Positions 7,270 to 17,139 are shown, numbered from the stretch's first letter. The stretch is DNA of 43,335 nucleotides from an uncultured Candidatus Saccharibacteria bacterium (GCA_964413845.1 CAYPTJ010000008.1:1-43335), one strand, 5' to 3'. The notes: generated from the sequence alone by a model not told the origin. Numbers and translations are program-made.

Positions 7270-8331
7270 CTAACGTGAAAGACGAACGCCAACAAGTCGA
7301 ACCTCTCTTTTGCGGTTGAGAAATGGAAGAAGGAGCTTGAGGGCAATCTTTTTAAACTGTGCAAGCTCTGTTATTCCCCCCTTCGCTGTTTCGGCTTTGG
7401 TGTGAGTTTCAAAGTTTTGGTAACGGACGGTGACGGTAACCGTCTCAAACCTTAATTTACTGGCAATAACCTCCTCCCACACCTCAGAAGAAAGATCAAG
7501 AAGAGCTTTGGCGATAAGGTTGGGATCGGCAGTGTCTTTTTCGAAAGTGATCTGTTTTCCAACTGATTTTATCGGTTGTATCTCTCCAACTGGGGTATCA
7601 TCCTTGCCGCGTGCGAGGTCAGAAAGGATACTACCAAACGACCCAATAATCTCTCTTAATTCTTCTTTTGTTAACCTCCGCAGATCAGAAACTGTTTTTA
7701 TCTTTTTAGTATAGAAGCGTTGAGCTGTCTTTGGTCCAATTCCAGGAATCTCTTGGATATCCAAAGGAGCTAAAAAGGCAAGAACCACACCAGGGACAAC
7801 TACAGTTAATCCATCCGGTTTGCTTTGCCCAGAGGCGATTTTAGCGACAAGCTTATTGGGTCCAATACCAACTGTTGCGGTGAGTTTCTGTTTTTCTCTA
7901 ATTAGTTTTTTTAGCTTAACTGCCAGATCAGCGGCTTTGCGGTAGGATCCCAGATGGGAGAGGTCTAGGAAGAACTCATCAGTACTTGCTTGCTCAACTA
8001 AAGGAACCTCCAAATGAAGGAGGCTAAGAATCTCCTGTGAAACACGATGATATTTTTCGATATCCGGTTGAAGAAAGATCGCCTGAGGAGCAAGGTGATA
8101 AGCTTGGGAGATTGGCATTGCACTTTTTATCCCAAATTTTCTTGCCTCATAATTGGCAGTTGAGACCACTCCTCGCCCGGTAGGGCGAAGCTCGCCCCCT
8201 TCGGGGGCGGCCCTCACCTTAGGATCGGCTCCAACCACAATCGGTTTTCCTGAAAACTGAGGATTGTCCCGCTCTTCAATTGCCGCATAAAAAGCATCCA
8301 TATCAAGGTGGGCAACGATTCGGTTTACCAT
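7270..8331 (-). CDS. dinB: DNA polymerase IV (Y family)
   Basis: HLDMDAFYAAIE, STANYEARKFG, STDEFFLD, NKLVAKIAS, KPDG. Confidence 0.95.
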   Translation of the reverse strand: MVNRIVAHLDMDAFYAAIEERDNPQFSGKPIVVGADPKVRAAPEGGELRPTGRGVVSTANYEARKFGIKSAMPISQAYHLAPQAIFLQPDIEKYHRVSQEILSLLHLEVPLVEQASTDEFFLDLSHLGSYRKAADLAVKLKKLIREKQKLTATVGIGPNKLVAKIASGQSKPDGLTVVVPGVVLAFLAPLDIQEIPGIGPKTAQRFYTKKIKTVSDLRRLTKEELREIIGSFGSILSDLARGKDDTPVGEIQPIKSVGKQITFEKDTADPNLIAKALLDLSSEVWEEVIASKLRFETVTVTVRYQNFETHTKAETAKGGITELAQFKKIALKLLLPFLNRKREVRLVGVRLSR

Positions 8332-8367
8332 CCTTTTAAGTCTATCAGGTGTGTTAGGATAACTTCT

Positions 8368-9276
8368 GTGTTTGTTAAGGTTTCGGCGATTATTCCTGTT
8401 TTCAACGAAGAGAAGACAGTTGCTAAAGTGATGGAGACACTTTTGCGATCTCCTTTGATTGGGGAGGTGATTTGTATCAATGACGCCTCAACCGACAAAA
8501 GCTATCAAATCCTCAAAAAGTTTGGGAGAAAAATAAAACTTCTCAATTTTGAGAAAAATAGAGGGAAGGGAGCGGCGCTAGCAGAGGGGGTAAGGGCTGC
8601 CAAAGGGGAGATTGTCGCCTTCTTTGATGCTGATCTTGTAACGCTTACTCCTGGGCATGTCGGAGATCTTATAAAACCCCTCATTCGCAAACAAGCAAGA
8701 GTGACGTTGGGTTATTCCAATAAGGATACTCCCGTTGAAAGGATCAAAGATCTTAAAATTTCAATGTTTGGCAGCGCCTTCACTTTCCAAATCGGCCACA
8801 AGTTCCCCTATCTTGTTTCCCAAAGCTTAACCGGCGAGCGTGCATTTTTAAGGAAGGATCTCCTTCCTTATCTTAACCGGTTGGAGAAGCTAAGATTTGG
8901 GGTTGAGGTCTTCTTTAACAATCACTTTAAAGATGTAGCAGGGGTGGTTTTGCCTAATCTTTGCCAAGTCTCAAAATTTGAGAAGTTTTCCCTTCGTGAG
9001 GCAGTTCGGGAATACATCAAAGAGGGGGTGGAGATTGCTCAGGAGATTGGGAGACAAGAGAAAGCCCGCTGGCAAGATCTTAGGCTTCTGGAAAAGCTTA
9101 TCGAGACGGAAATTGATATTCCTCCTGATGAAATCATAGATTTTAGTCCGTTGCAAAAAAGGATCAATGAGATTCGCAATAAACGGATGCGAAAATTCCT
9201 TAAGGAGTATTTCGTGAAATATCTTAACCGATTTACCTCCCGTCTTGCGACCTTCAAAGATAAACTGAAAGTTTAG
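8368..9276 (+). CDS. glycosyltransferase family 2
   Basis: IIPVFNEE, INDASTD, NRGKGAA, FFDAD. GTG start at 8368 chosen to avoid overlap with dinB. Confidence 0.88.
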   Translation: MFVKVSAIIPVFNEEKTVAKVMETLLRSPLIGEVICINDASTDKSYQILKKFGRKIKLLNFEKNRGKGAALAEGVRAAKGEIVAFFDADLVTLTPGHVGDLIKPLIRKQARVTLGYSNKDTPVERIKDLKISMFGSAFTFQIGHKFPYLVSQSLTGERAFLRKDLLPYLNRLEKLRFGVEVFFNNHFKDVAGVVLPNLCQVSKFEKFSLREAVREYIKEGVEIAQEIGRQEKARWQDLRLLEKLIETEIDIPPDEIIDFSPLQKRINEIRNKRMRKFLKEYFVKYLNRFTSRLATFKDKLKV

Positions 9277-9350
9277 TGGCTGGGAGGCTTGGATTCGAAC
9301 CAAGATTTCCAGATCCAAATTCTGGCGTGCTACCGTTACACCACCCCCCA
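9277..9350 (-). tRNA. tRNA-Gln(TTG)
   Basis: 74 nt, U1-A72, anticodon arm CCAGA-AT-TTG-GA-TCTGG, ends GCCA. Confidence 0.95.
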
Positions 9351-9356
9351 TTAAAG

Positions 9357-9605
9357 CTAAATTTTATCTTTGAATAATTTCTTTAGGAATCTCCTTCCCA
9401 CTCCAGATTTCAAATAATGTTCCCGACGCCCCGCTTCCTTAAGAGTTTGATATTCCTCCGAATGCAACAACTCCCAAGGTTTATATCTTTTCGTGAAGCG
9501 CATCTTTCCAGAATTATGCTCTTTCAGTCTTCGTTTAATATCATCTGTTACCCCAACGTAAGATTTTCTGGCCCGAACACTTTTTAATACATAAACGTGA
9601 TACAT
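9357..9605 (-). CDS. stand-alone GIY-YIG nuclease (YhbQ/UPF0213-like)
   Basis: VYVL...YVGVT...RRLKEHN...FTKRYKPW...RE..LKSG.GR signature. Confidence 0.92.
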   Translation of the reverse strand: MYHVYVLKSVRARKSYVGVTDDIKRRLKEHNSGKMRFTKRYKPWELLHSEEYQTLKEAGRREHYLKSGVGRRFLKKLFKDKI

Positions 9606-9606
9606 A

Positions 9607-9678
9607 CGCTGTCCTATCCGCCCCGCCTTTAGGCGGGCGAGATCTCGCCCGAAGGGCGGACCGTTAGACGACCCGGCA
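9607..9678 (-). pseudogene. orphan tRNA 5' half (Gln-like) with a 44-bp D-loop palindrome insert
   Basis: TGCCGGGTCGTCTAACGG|TAGGACAGCG after removing 9617-9660; D-stem GTCT/GGAC. No matching 3' half was seen. Confidence 0.6.
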
Positions 9679-9786
9679 ACGCCTTAAAACAATAATATCA
9701 GGAAAAAAAAGAAGCAACAAACGCCCTCCTTAGTATACAGGAAAGACGTACATCGGAACTTAGGTTTACACTAATTCAACGTTTCT

Positions 9787-10230
9787 CTATTTGACTTCGA
9801 TAGATTCGCCAAGTTCCGCGCCGCACGCTTTGATAATAGGACTGTTGTTTGAGCCAATTTTTACGCTGTACCTGGTTTCGGCAGCACTTCCGGTTGATGG
9901 ATCTTGGGGGATGGAAGCAAGGTACTTAGCCAACGGTGTTGAAAGATCAGCACAAGCCGCTACTGTTCCGCAATCGTCGCATCCGCTTGCTGCGGTACCA
10001 AGTTGCGTCTCCGACATCCCAGAGCTAAGACCGGTCGGAAGAGCCCCACCGTTATCAACAATGTATTCATTAATTGCGGTCCGGACGCTGTTGACGTCGT
10101 TCCAACGCCGAGCGTTTCGCGCTTGGGCAAACCTTGTCACTGGATCAAGAGCGACAAAAATAACCGCCGCCAAAATGGCGATGATCACGATAACAACGAG
10201 AAGCTCAATTAAAGTAAATCCTTTTCGCAA
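9787..10230 (-). CDS. type IV major pilin-like protein
   Basis: KGFTLIELLVVIVIIAILA prepilin motif. Confidence 0.92.
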   Translation of the reverse strand: MRKGFTLIELLVVIVIIAILAAVIFVALDPVTRFAQARNARRWNDVNSVRTAINEYIVDNGGALPTGLSSGMSETQLGTAASGCDDCGTVAACADLSTPLAKYLASIPQDPSTGSAAETRYSVKIGSNNSPIIKACGAELGESIEVK

Positions 10231-10292
10231 ATTCTTTCACCCCCTTTCGGATTAGAGAACATTCTTATTTGAGCAAAATATTAGATCGGGAG

Positions 10293-11216
10293 TCAAGTCT
10301 TGATCAGATTGAGCGGTTGCTCCTGCCCGCTCAAAAGTGCTAATCCCAAAACATTAACAAAGGTTACTTTTGATAAATCTCCAAAATTAACTTTAATTGG
10401 AAGTTTGAAGGTTTTAAACACTTCTTCTGCTGAAATTACACTTACCTTTAATTTAGATTCAAATTCAGCAGGTTTAGCGGTCAAACTCCCCCCTCCACCG
10501 AGAATCACCTGTTTGATACATCCTCCTATCTGCGTGCAGGCAAAGGCAAACAGATTTTCTATTTGGGCGAAAAGTTTATCAGTTTGGACTGGCTCGGAAA
10601 AGGTTTCCACAACCCCTTGCTGATCCATTAAGGTCGCGGTAGTAATCTTTTCTCCCACATCAAGGTAAAGAACAGCTCCCCCTGCTTTTATCAAAGGACT
10701 AAGAAAGCTATAGGCGGCAACCGATTCCGGAACGGCAAGTTTGGGCTCAAGGCCAAGATCGTTGAAAAGCTCTATATAACCGTTGATGATCACAGTTGGG
10801 ACCGCCGCTAGAAGAATCTCTCCTTCTTCTTTTCCTTCCTTCTTTTGACCAAGAATAAGATAGTTGTAAGTTAATTCTTCTATTGGCTGGGGAATTAGTT
10901 TCTCTGCTTGAGATTTAATCAGACTAAAAACAGTTTGGCTGTCGTGCTTTTGAGAAAGCGCAAAGCGGTGGGTGTAAACGCGTTTGTCAGGGAGGGTAAA
11001 GGCACATTCCCTATCTTTCATTGGCTTGGGTTTTGCGTTTTTTAGAAGATCAACGACGATCTTTTTTAGGGCATTTTTGTCTTTAATCTCCCCTTCCTCT
11101 ATTGGGCCATTTTTAAATTCGCTACGGTTGAAAGCTGTCACCGCCTCTCCAGTAAGAAAACTCTTGGAGAGGCGAATCGCCTCAATTGATGTATCGGAGA
11201 TATCGAAGAAAAGCAT
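10293..11216 (-). CDS. pilM: PilM-like pilus assembly protein
   Basis: FDISDTSIE start, actin-like ILGGGGS motif, operon context. Confidence 0.7.
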   Translation of the reverse strand: MLFFDISDTSIEAIRLSKSFLTGEAVTAFNRSEFKNGPIEEGEIKDKNALKKIVVDLLKNAKPKPMKDRECAFTLPDKRVYTHRFALSQKHDSQTVFSLIKSQAEKLIPQPIEELTYNYLILGQKKEGKEEGEILLAAVPTVIINGYIELFNDLGLEPKLAVPESVAAYSFLSPLIKAGGAVLYLDVGEKITTATLMDQQGVVETFSEPVQTDKLFAQIENLFAFACTQIGGCIKQVILGGGGSLTAKPAEFESKLKVSVISAEEVFKTFKLPIKVNFGDLSKVTFVNVLGLALLSGQEQPLNLIKT

Positions 11217-11226
11217 TTGGTTTTTT

Positions 11227-11312
11227 GGTTGTTCGGTTGTCTGGTTGTTTGGTTATTGAAGACCGAATCACTAGATCACCGAATAACCGAACCACTAAAC
11301 CACCAGACAACT
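11227..11312. repeat. degenerate 8-mer tandem repeats
   Basis: GGTTGTTC/GGTTGTCT/GGTTGTTT followed by ACCGAATC/ACCGAATA-like units. Confidence 0.7.
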
Positions 11313-11736
11313 ACTCCACCTCTTTCCAACTAAGAATGCTGATTTCATTTCCACGGTTTATTTTAACTTCAATCTTCTTCGTATGTCCAGAAGCGGTAGC
11401 GGTTGTGGTTATTGTCCAGTTATTGCCATCTTTCGCCACCCCAACTACACAAGAGCCCTCCGGATAATTTTCTGTTCCTCCCGTGTAGCTTCCATCATAG
11501 TATGAGGAAAGAAGGGCATCCTCGGCACAACCCTCAGCAAGGGCAAGGGCGAAGTGCCCACGCTTTTCGGCAAGCCCCATCTGGGCTTCGGAGACTCCCA
11601 GAATCGCAAGGGTAACACCGATAACTAAAACCACCGCCGAAATAATCAGAAAACTAACAAGGGCGATATACCCCCGCTTCGCGGGAGTAATTGAGCTATT
11701 GAGTAATTGAGTTATTGAGTAACTTACACTTCGCAT
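11311..11736 (-). CDS. PilX/GspK-like minor pilin
   Basis: RGYIALVSFLII, AEGCAEDAL and C-terminal SWKEV. Confidence 0.75.
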   Translation of the reverse strand: MRSVSYSITQLLNSSITPAKRGYIALVSFLIISAVVLVIGVTLAILGVSEAQMGLAEKRGHFALALAEGCAEDALLSSYYDGSYTGGTENYPEGSCVVGVAKDGNNWTITTTATASGHTKKIEVKINRGNEISILSWKEVE

Positions 11737-11778
11737 TTTTTACTCCTAAATCCTAATTACTACTTACTTAATTACTAG

Positions 11779-12387
11779 TTACTTTCTAATTTGCACACTT
11801 GTTTCAAAACTTGCCTCCTTCGCCCATTCTGATCTTCCTGACGGATTCCGGTGGCGAACAGTGAGGATAAACTGCACCACTTCGGAGTTTTCATCGGTAA
11901 GGTTAGTGAAAGTGAGGTTAGTTACCTCAACCAAGCGGCCTGTTAGGGCGATCCAACTTCCCACCCCTCGCTTAAGTTGTAAAGCTCCTTGGTCTATTCG
12001 GAATTCCGCTGGATAGTAAGGGGCAGGCCCGGCAAGCGAGAGCTTTGCCCCTGGATTGGGGGCTAAATTAATTCCAAAGTTTGACTCAGCTGTATTAATA
12101 TTTACTGCGTTTCTAACCTCAACTTGGACCTTATGGCTCGCGAAACGAAGGTTTTCTTGAACCTCCTGATGAACCCCCGCCTTAACATTGCCCAAAACCA
12201 CATCCCAGGCGAAATAAACCGTCGCTGTCAAAAAAATGGCAACTAATCCCATATAGAGGAGAAGTTCGATTAATGTAAAGCCCTTCGCTCCGCTCAGGAA
12301 CTTTGTCCGCCTCTGGCGGATGAAGCCGTTTGGTTGTTTAGTATAACCAAATAACCGAATAACCGAATAACCGTTAACCAATTTCAT
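11779..12387 (-). CDS. prepilin-type minor pilin (PilW-like)
   Basis: KGFTLIELLLY motif; long leader that includes repeats. Confidence 0.85.
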   Translation of the reverse strand: MKLVNGYSVIRLFGYTKQPNGFIRQRRTKFLSGAKGFTLIELLLYMGLVAIFLTATVYFAWDVVLGNVKAGVHQEVQENLRFASHKVQVEVRNAVNINTAESNFGINLAPNPGAKLSLAGPAPYYPAEFRIDQGALQLKRGVGSWIALTGRLVEVTNLTFTNLTDENSEVVQFILTVRHRNPSGRSEWAKEASFETSVQIRK

Positions 12388-13877
12388 GGTTGAACAACTT
12401 GAAACTCGGCGTCGTCATCAGCGGTGACAAAAAACGCCACACACTTATCTTCCAGCAGGGAAACCCCGCCAGCATCACCGTTCAGGTCAGCAGAAAAGAC
12501 CTTGCTGGGGCTTGACGGATTAGAGAGGTCAAGAATCATAAATTCTTCATCGTCTTTTTGAGTTGCCAAAAGGGCAAACCCTACTCCTGCTCCAACATTG
12601 TTTGCCCGATCACTCACATCATACGATCCAATAAGACTGATATTTGCCGGATCAGCAACGGCAAGAAGATAAAACTCCGGGATAGCACCAACATTATCCC
12701 TGGTAACAAGATAAGCTACACCCGCTCTTATGATATCTACCGCCTGTCCAGGTGCTCCAGCGCTAGGAATATTGTAAGCACCAAGCTCTTGCGGTGCTTG
12801 AGGATTTGAGGCATCAACGATAATCAACTCCTTATCAGACCTAGCGTTGGCAAGGTAGGCACGTTGATCCTTGACGGTAATGCCGTAGACATGGTTGCCA
12901 ACCTCCAAACTTCCAACCAATGCTGGAGAAGGAGGATTGCTTATATCAAAGATGTAGAGTTCAGGACCGTTGGTTGCTGCTTGGGTAACGACATAGGCGT
13001 AATTTCCTTCCACGGAAACATCGTTCGCCTGGCTAGTCTCTGGAATATCAAAAGAAGAAACTTTAGTGGGGGAGGAGGGGTTGCTGACATTAACAACAAT
13101 CAACTCCTCATCCACCTTAGAGGTGGTGAGGAAGGCATAATTTCCAGAAACAGCCAGATCGTTGACATGATCACCTATCCTGAGTTTCCCCAAAACAGTG
13201 GGGGAAAGAGGGTTGGTGATATCAAGAATGAAGAACTCGCCTGAGGTAACTGCGTTGCGCATTGTGGTAACGTAAGCGCGGTCTTCAACCACCAAAACAG
13301 CTGTCCCATCACCTGTACCGGGAAGATCGAGGGTGGCCACCACTTGTCCCGAATCCCAAACACAAAGCGCTGATTCCCAGTAGGTAAAGTAGGTCGGGAG
13401 TCGAACAGTATTATGGCGGGTGGGGGTAAAATCCCAGGTTACCACTGCCTCAACCCTTTTAGTATAAAGATCCAAGATCCCGCCGCTTGTAACAATATTG
13501 CCGCTTGCGTCACGGTAAATGTTGGAGATGACGATCTTTCGAGTGTATTTCCCAAAGGTGTTTTGGGTACCAGAAAGCTCCCACTTTCCAGTTGAACTAT
13601 CTAAGCCATGCGTCCCTGCTACCAAAGCCCAAAAGTCTCTCTCTTGGATTGCTCTTACTGCCTCCAATCCCTCACTTGCTAAAAAAGTTGCTTTTGTTTC
13701 CTCCTCCCCTAACCTTGTTGAGGAAAACGCTTGGATCACCACCCCCGCTGCTCCTCCAGCAATAATCGTGAAAAGCCCCATCGCCAAAACTATTTCCAGT
13801 ACAGAAAAACCTCTTTTATTTTTGAGCCTGCGAGAAAACAAGGTTCTTGAGCGTAGCGAAAGGTTCTTATTGAACAT
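12384..13877 (-). CDS. minor pilin fused to an LVIVD-repeat beta-propeller
   Basis: RGFSVLEIVLA, then repeated 'GNYAY..ELxIxDISNPxSP' units. Confidence 0.85.
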   Translation of the reverse strand: MFNKNLSLRSRTLFSRRLKNKRGFSVLEIVLAMGLFTIIAGGAAGVVIQAFSSTRLGEEETKATFLASEGLEAVRAIQERDFWALVAGTHGLDSSTGKWELSGTQNTFGKYTRKIVISNIYRDASGNIVTSGGILDLYTKRVEAVVTWDFTPTRHNTVRLPTYFTYWESALCVWDSGQVVATLDLPGTGDGTAVLVVEDRAYVTTMRNAVTSGEFFILDITNPLSPTVLGKLRIGDHVNDLAVSGNYAFLTTSKVDEELIVVNVSNPSSPTKVSSFDIPETSQANDVSVEGNYAYVVTQAATNGPELYIFDISNPPSPALVGSLEVGNHVYGITVKDQRAYLANARSDKELIIVDASNPQAPQELGAYNIPSAGAPGQAVDIIRAGVAYLVTRDNVGAIPEFYLLAVADPANISLIGSYDVSDRANNVGAGVGFALLATQKDDEEFMILDLSNPSSPSKVFSADLNGDAGGVSLLEDKCVAFFVTADDDAEFQVVQP

Positions 13878-14304
13878 CGATTGCACCTTCCGTATTGATG
13901 GTAACTGTTTTTTGCTCACCGAGGGAGGAAAGAGTAATCGTCAGTGTCCCTGAAGGTTCTCCGCGCCCTTTTTGGAAAGAAACATCGGCAAAACCGTTTA
14001 TGTTTACCATTTGAGGGAGATTGAATTTTTCGTCAAAGGAAGAATCACGAGTAACGTAACTTCCTCCTTTAAAAAGAACTAAAAGCTCAGGTTCACAGTG
14101 TACTCCCCAAACAGAATTCTCCTTCCCGTTAAGACTGTAGGCTTGGGCTTTCCGCAAGGTCCTCACTATCTTGTCGTTGGTAGTTGTTAGGTACCCTCCG
14201 GCTAAAAATTGACTTAAGTAGGGAGTTGATGTGGCACCGATAATCCCAATAATCCCAATCACGATCAGAAGTTCAATTAGTGTGAAACCTTGTTTATTAG
14301 TCAT
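13867..14304 (-). CDS. FimT/GspH-like minor pilin
   Basis: QGFTLIELLIVIG motif. Confidence 0.88.
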   Translation of the reverse strand: MTNKQGFTLIELLIVIGIIGIIGATSTPYLSQFLAGGYLTTTNDKIVRTLRKAQAYSLNGKENSVWGVHCEPELLVLFKGGSYVTRDSSFDEKFNLPQMVNINGFADVSFQKGRGEPSGTLTITLSSLGEQKTVTINTEGAIDVQ

Positions 14305-14326
14305 TAGAAATTAGACATTAGGCATT

Positions 14327-15451
14327 TCACCGTATGCTCCCCGTAATCTGGTAAATGGGGGTGATGATGGAAAGAGCGATAAAAGCAACAACGCCGCCGA
14401 TGAAAAGAAGGAGAAGCGGTTCTAAGAGAGTGGTCATGTTTTTAGTAGTGCTTTCAACCTCCGCCTCGAAATACTCGCCTAAATAGACCAGATTCTCCTC
14501 AAGGTTTCCACTTTTCTCTCCCACCCCAATCATTCTTGAAACAAAGGGGGGAAATTCGGGGTAATTTCCGTCCCGGAGAGCCTTCTCAATGCTTTTACCT
14601 TTCCTGACCTCATTGGCGATCTTCTCAAGATCATGCTTGTAAACGGTGTTTCCTTCGGTTACAGCTGCGGTTGCTAAGGCGGCGGTGATCGGCAGCCCAC
14701 TGCGAAGCATTATCCCTAAATTCCGGCTTAAGGTGGCTATGGCGACGCATCTGAAAAAATAACCAAAGATAGGAAGTTTAAGAAGAAGGCTGTCACGCCA
14801 AGGCTTAATCAGGCGTGAACGAAGGATAAAGACGAAAGTGGCAAGAAGGAGACCTAGTCCTGGAATAGCAATGTATCCTTGATTCCGAAGAACTTTTGAG
14901 AAAAAAATAAGCAGCTTTGTTGTTGGTGGAAGGGCAATGTCTAAGCCCTCAAACAGTTCAGTGATCTGGGGGAGAACAAAGAAAGCTAAGGCAAACCCAA
15001 TCACCCCTGTGACCGTTAGAATCAAGGACGGATAAAGCATCGCCGATTGGACCGTCTTTCGAAGATCATTCTCCTTCTCCAGCTGCTCCGTCAGGTATTC
15101 TAAGCTCCCCTCAAGTGTTCCGGACTCTTCCCCAACTCTAACAAGGCTAAGGTAGAAGAGATCGAAGATCTTGGGGTGTTTGGAGAAAGCCTTCTCCAGA
15201 CTCTGACCTTTTGAGATATCCTCATATACCTCCTGAAGAATCCTCTTAAATGCATGGCTTTTGGCTTGAACAGTAAGTGTCTCTAGGACATCGGCAATTG
15301 GGACTCCGCTTTTAAGCATCACCGCTAGATGCTTCGTAAAAAACATCTTCTCGCTGAAAGAAATTCGATCAAACATTTTATTTTTGAGCTTGCGAAAAAA
15401 CAAGCTCTGCTTATTCTCGAGCTTGTGAGAGAACAAGCTCTGCTTACTCAC
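14327..15451 (-). CDS. pilC: type II secretion F / PilC platform protein
   Basis: LAVMLKSGVP, VGEESGTLE, AMLYP, VGEKSGNLE, LLEP. Confidence 0.93.
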   Translation of the reverse strand: MSKQSLFSHKLENKQSLFFRKLKNKMFDRISFSEKMFFTKHLAVMLKSGVPIADVLETLTVQAKSHAFKRILQEVYEDISKGQSLEKAFSKHPKIFDLFYLSLVRVGEESGTLEGSLEYLTEQLEKENDLRKTVQSAMLYPSLILTVTGVIGFALAFFVLPQITELFEGLDIALPPTTKLLIFFSKVLRNQGYIAIPGLGLLLATFVFILRSRLIKPWRDSLLLKLPIFGYFFRCVAIATLSRNLGIMLRSGLPITAALATAAVTEGNTVYKHDLEKIANEVRKGKSIEKALRDGNYPEFPPFVSRMIGVGEKSGNLEENLVYLGEYFEAEVESTTKNMTTLLEPLLLLFIGGVVAFIALSIITPIYQITGSIR

Positions 15452-17139
15452 TATTCTTTTGTTGCTCTTAAGATTTCTTCAATGGTCGTGGTTCCTTTTA
15501 CCACCTTTTTTAATCCATTCTCCAACATTGTTGTCATCCCTTTTTCAACCGCCATTCTCTGAACTGCCTCGGCATCTTTCCGTTCAATAATTGCCTGCCT
15601 AATATCATCATCTACAAGGAGAACCTCGTGAATTCCAATCCGATCGGCGTATCCAGTTTGCTGGCACAAAGGACATCCCTGGGCAGTCCAGATTGTAACC
15701 TTTTCCCCCTTACCAAGATATCTTTCAACCGCATCTTTAGGAAGGTGTTCTTTTATGTTTGCCGCTGGCACTTGCTCTTTCTTTCGGCAGTTTTGACAAA
15801 GCATCCTCACCAGCCGCTGGGCGATAATCACATTTACAGTTGAGGCGACCAAGAATGGTTCAACTCCCATATCTAGAAGTCGGATGATAGAGGTTGCAGC
15901 ATCATTCGCGTGCATGGTGGAAAGAAGGAGATGTCCAGTCATTGCGGCATTCACCGCAATATTTGCTGTCTCTGGGTCTCGGATTTCTCCAACAAGAATA
16001 ATGTCCGGGTCTTGTCGCACAATTGAGCGCAACCCCTGGGCGAAAGTAAGGTTTGTTTTGGGATTAACTTGAATTTGGTTAACCTCCTCCATATCATATT
16101 CCACTGGATCTTCAATCGTGGTGATGTTTACATCTCTTTTGTTTAAGACCTTTAAAACCGCATACATTGTGGTTGTTTTCCCAGATCCCGTTGGTCCAGT
16201 TGCCAGAATCATTCCGTAGGGCTTGTCGTAAGCCCACCTTATCTTCTTTAGATCTCCCTCCTCAAAACCCATGTCCTCAAATGAAAGTTGCCGCACTCGG
16301 GCGGAAAGAAGTCGCAAGACTACTTTTTCCCCATGGGTTGTAGGCATTACTGAGACGCGAACATCAAGTTTTGTTTGCTGCTCTTTTGGCAAACCCACTC
16401 CCGTGCGAAAGATTAACTTTCCATCCTGAGCAGCTTGGTGCTCATCGGTGCGAAGGTTCGCCATCACCTTGATGCGGGTGATAATCTCCGGATGGATCTC
16501 TTTAGGAAGAGTGGCGACATCATGGAGAATTCCATCAATCCGATATCTAATAAGCGATTCTTCTTCTTTGGGCTCGATATGAACATCGGAAGCGCGATTT
16601 TGGTCACCATAAGAAAGCATCAAATCCACAATCTTTATGATTGGAACCTCAGCTGGTTGGCCTTTTGTTAAAAAAGCGCTTTCTTCGATGAGCTTGGCAA
16701 ACTCTTTCTGGATATCTTTCTGATAGCGGCGAAAAACCCCTTTAATATCCTTGGGGGTTGCGTAGTGAGGAATTACCTCATCGCCAGTTTTCTTCCTGAT
16801 AAACTCAATCGTTTCCAAGTTTTCTGGATTGGCAAGAGCAACTTTTAACCCCTCCTTTCCGCGAGAAAAAGCAATCGCCATCCGACTGCGCGCGGTCATC
16901 TCTGGAATAATGTTGAGAATCTCCTTGGAGATGGTGATTTTTCTAAGCTGGACAAATGGTGTGCCAAAATGCTTGGCGACAAGAGCACCTAGTTTTTCAT
17001 CAGAGGTGAGATTTTTTTCCAAAATTAGTCGGTAGAGGGTTGTTTTTCTACTTTGGGCTTCTTTCGCCAACTCGGAAAGCTGTTTTTCACTAACGAGCTT
17101 GTTTTTAAGAAGAATTGGGGACAGGATTTTATCTTCCAT
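15451..17139 (-). CDS. pilB: type IV pilus assembly ATPase PilB/GspE
   Basis: ASDVHIEP, GPTGSGKTTT, RQDPDIILVGEIRD, two CxxC motifs, N-terminal extension. Confidence 0.95.
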   Translation of the reverse strand: MEDKILSPILLKNKLVSEKQLSELAKEAQSRKTTLYRLILEKNLTSDEKLGALVAKHFGTPFVQLRKITISKEILNIIPEMTARSRMAIAFSRGKEGLKVALANPENLETIEFIRKKTGDEVIPHYATPKDIKGVFRRYQKDIQKEFAKLIEESAFLTKGQPAEVPIIKIVDLMLSYGDQNRASDVHIEPKEEESLIRYRIDGILHDVATLPKEIHPEIITRIKVMANLRTDEHQAAQDGKLIFRTGVGLPKEQQTKLDVRVSVMPTTHGEKVVLRLLSARVRQLSFEDMGFEEGDLKKIRWAYDKPYGMILATGPTGSGKTTTMYAVLKVLNKRDVNITTIEDPVEYDMEEVNQIQVNPKTNLTFAQGLRSIVRQDPDIILVGEIRDPETANIAVNAAMTGHLLLSTMHANDAATSIIRLLDMGVEPFLVASTVNVIIAQRLVRMLCQNCRKKEQVPAANIKEHLPKDAVERYLGKGEKVTIWTAQGCPLCQQTGYADRIGIHEVLLVDDDIRQAIIERKDAEAVQRMAVEKGMTTMLENGLKKVVKGTTTIEEILRATKE

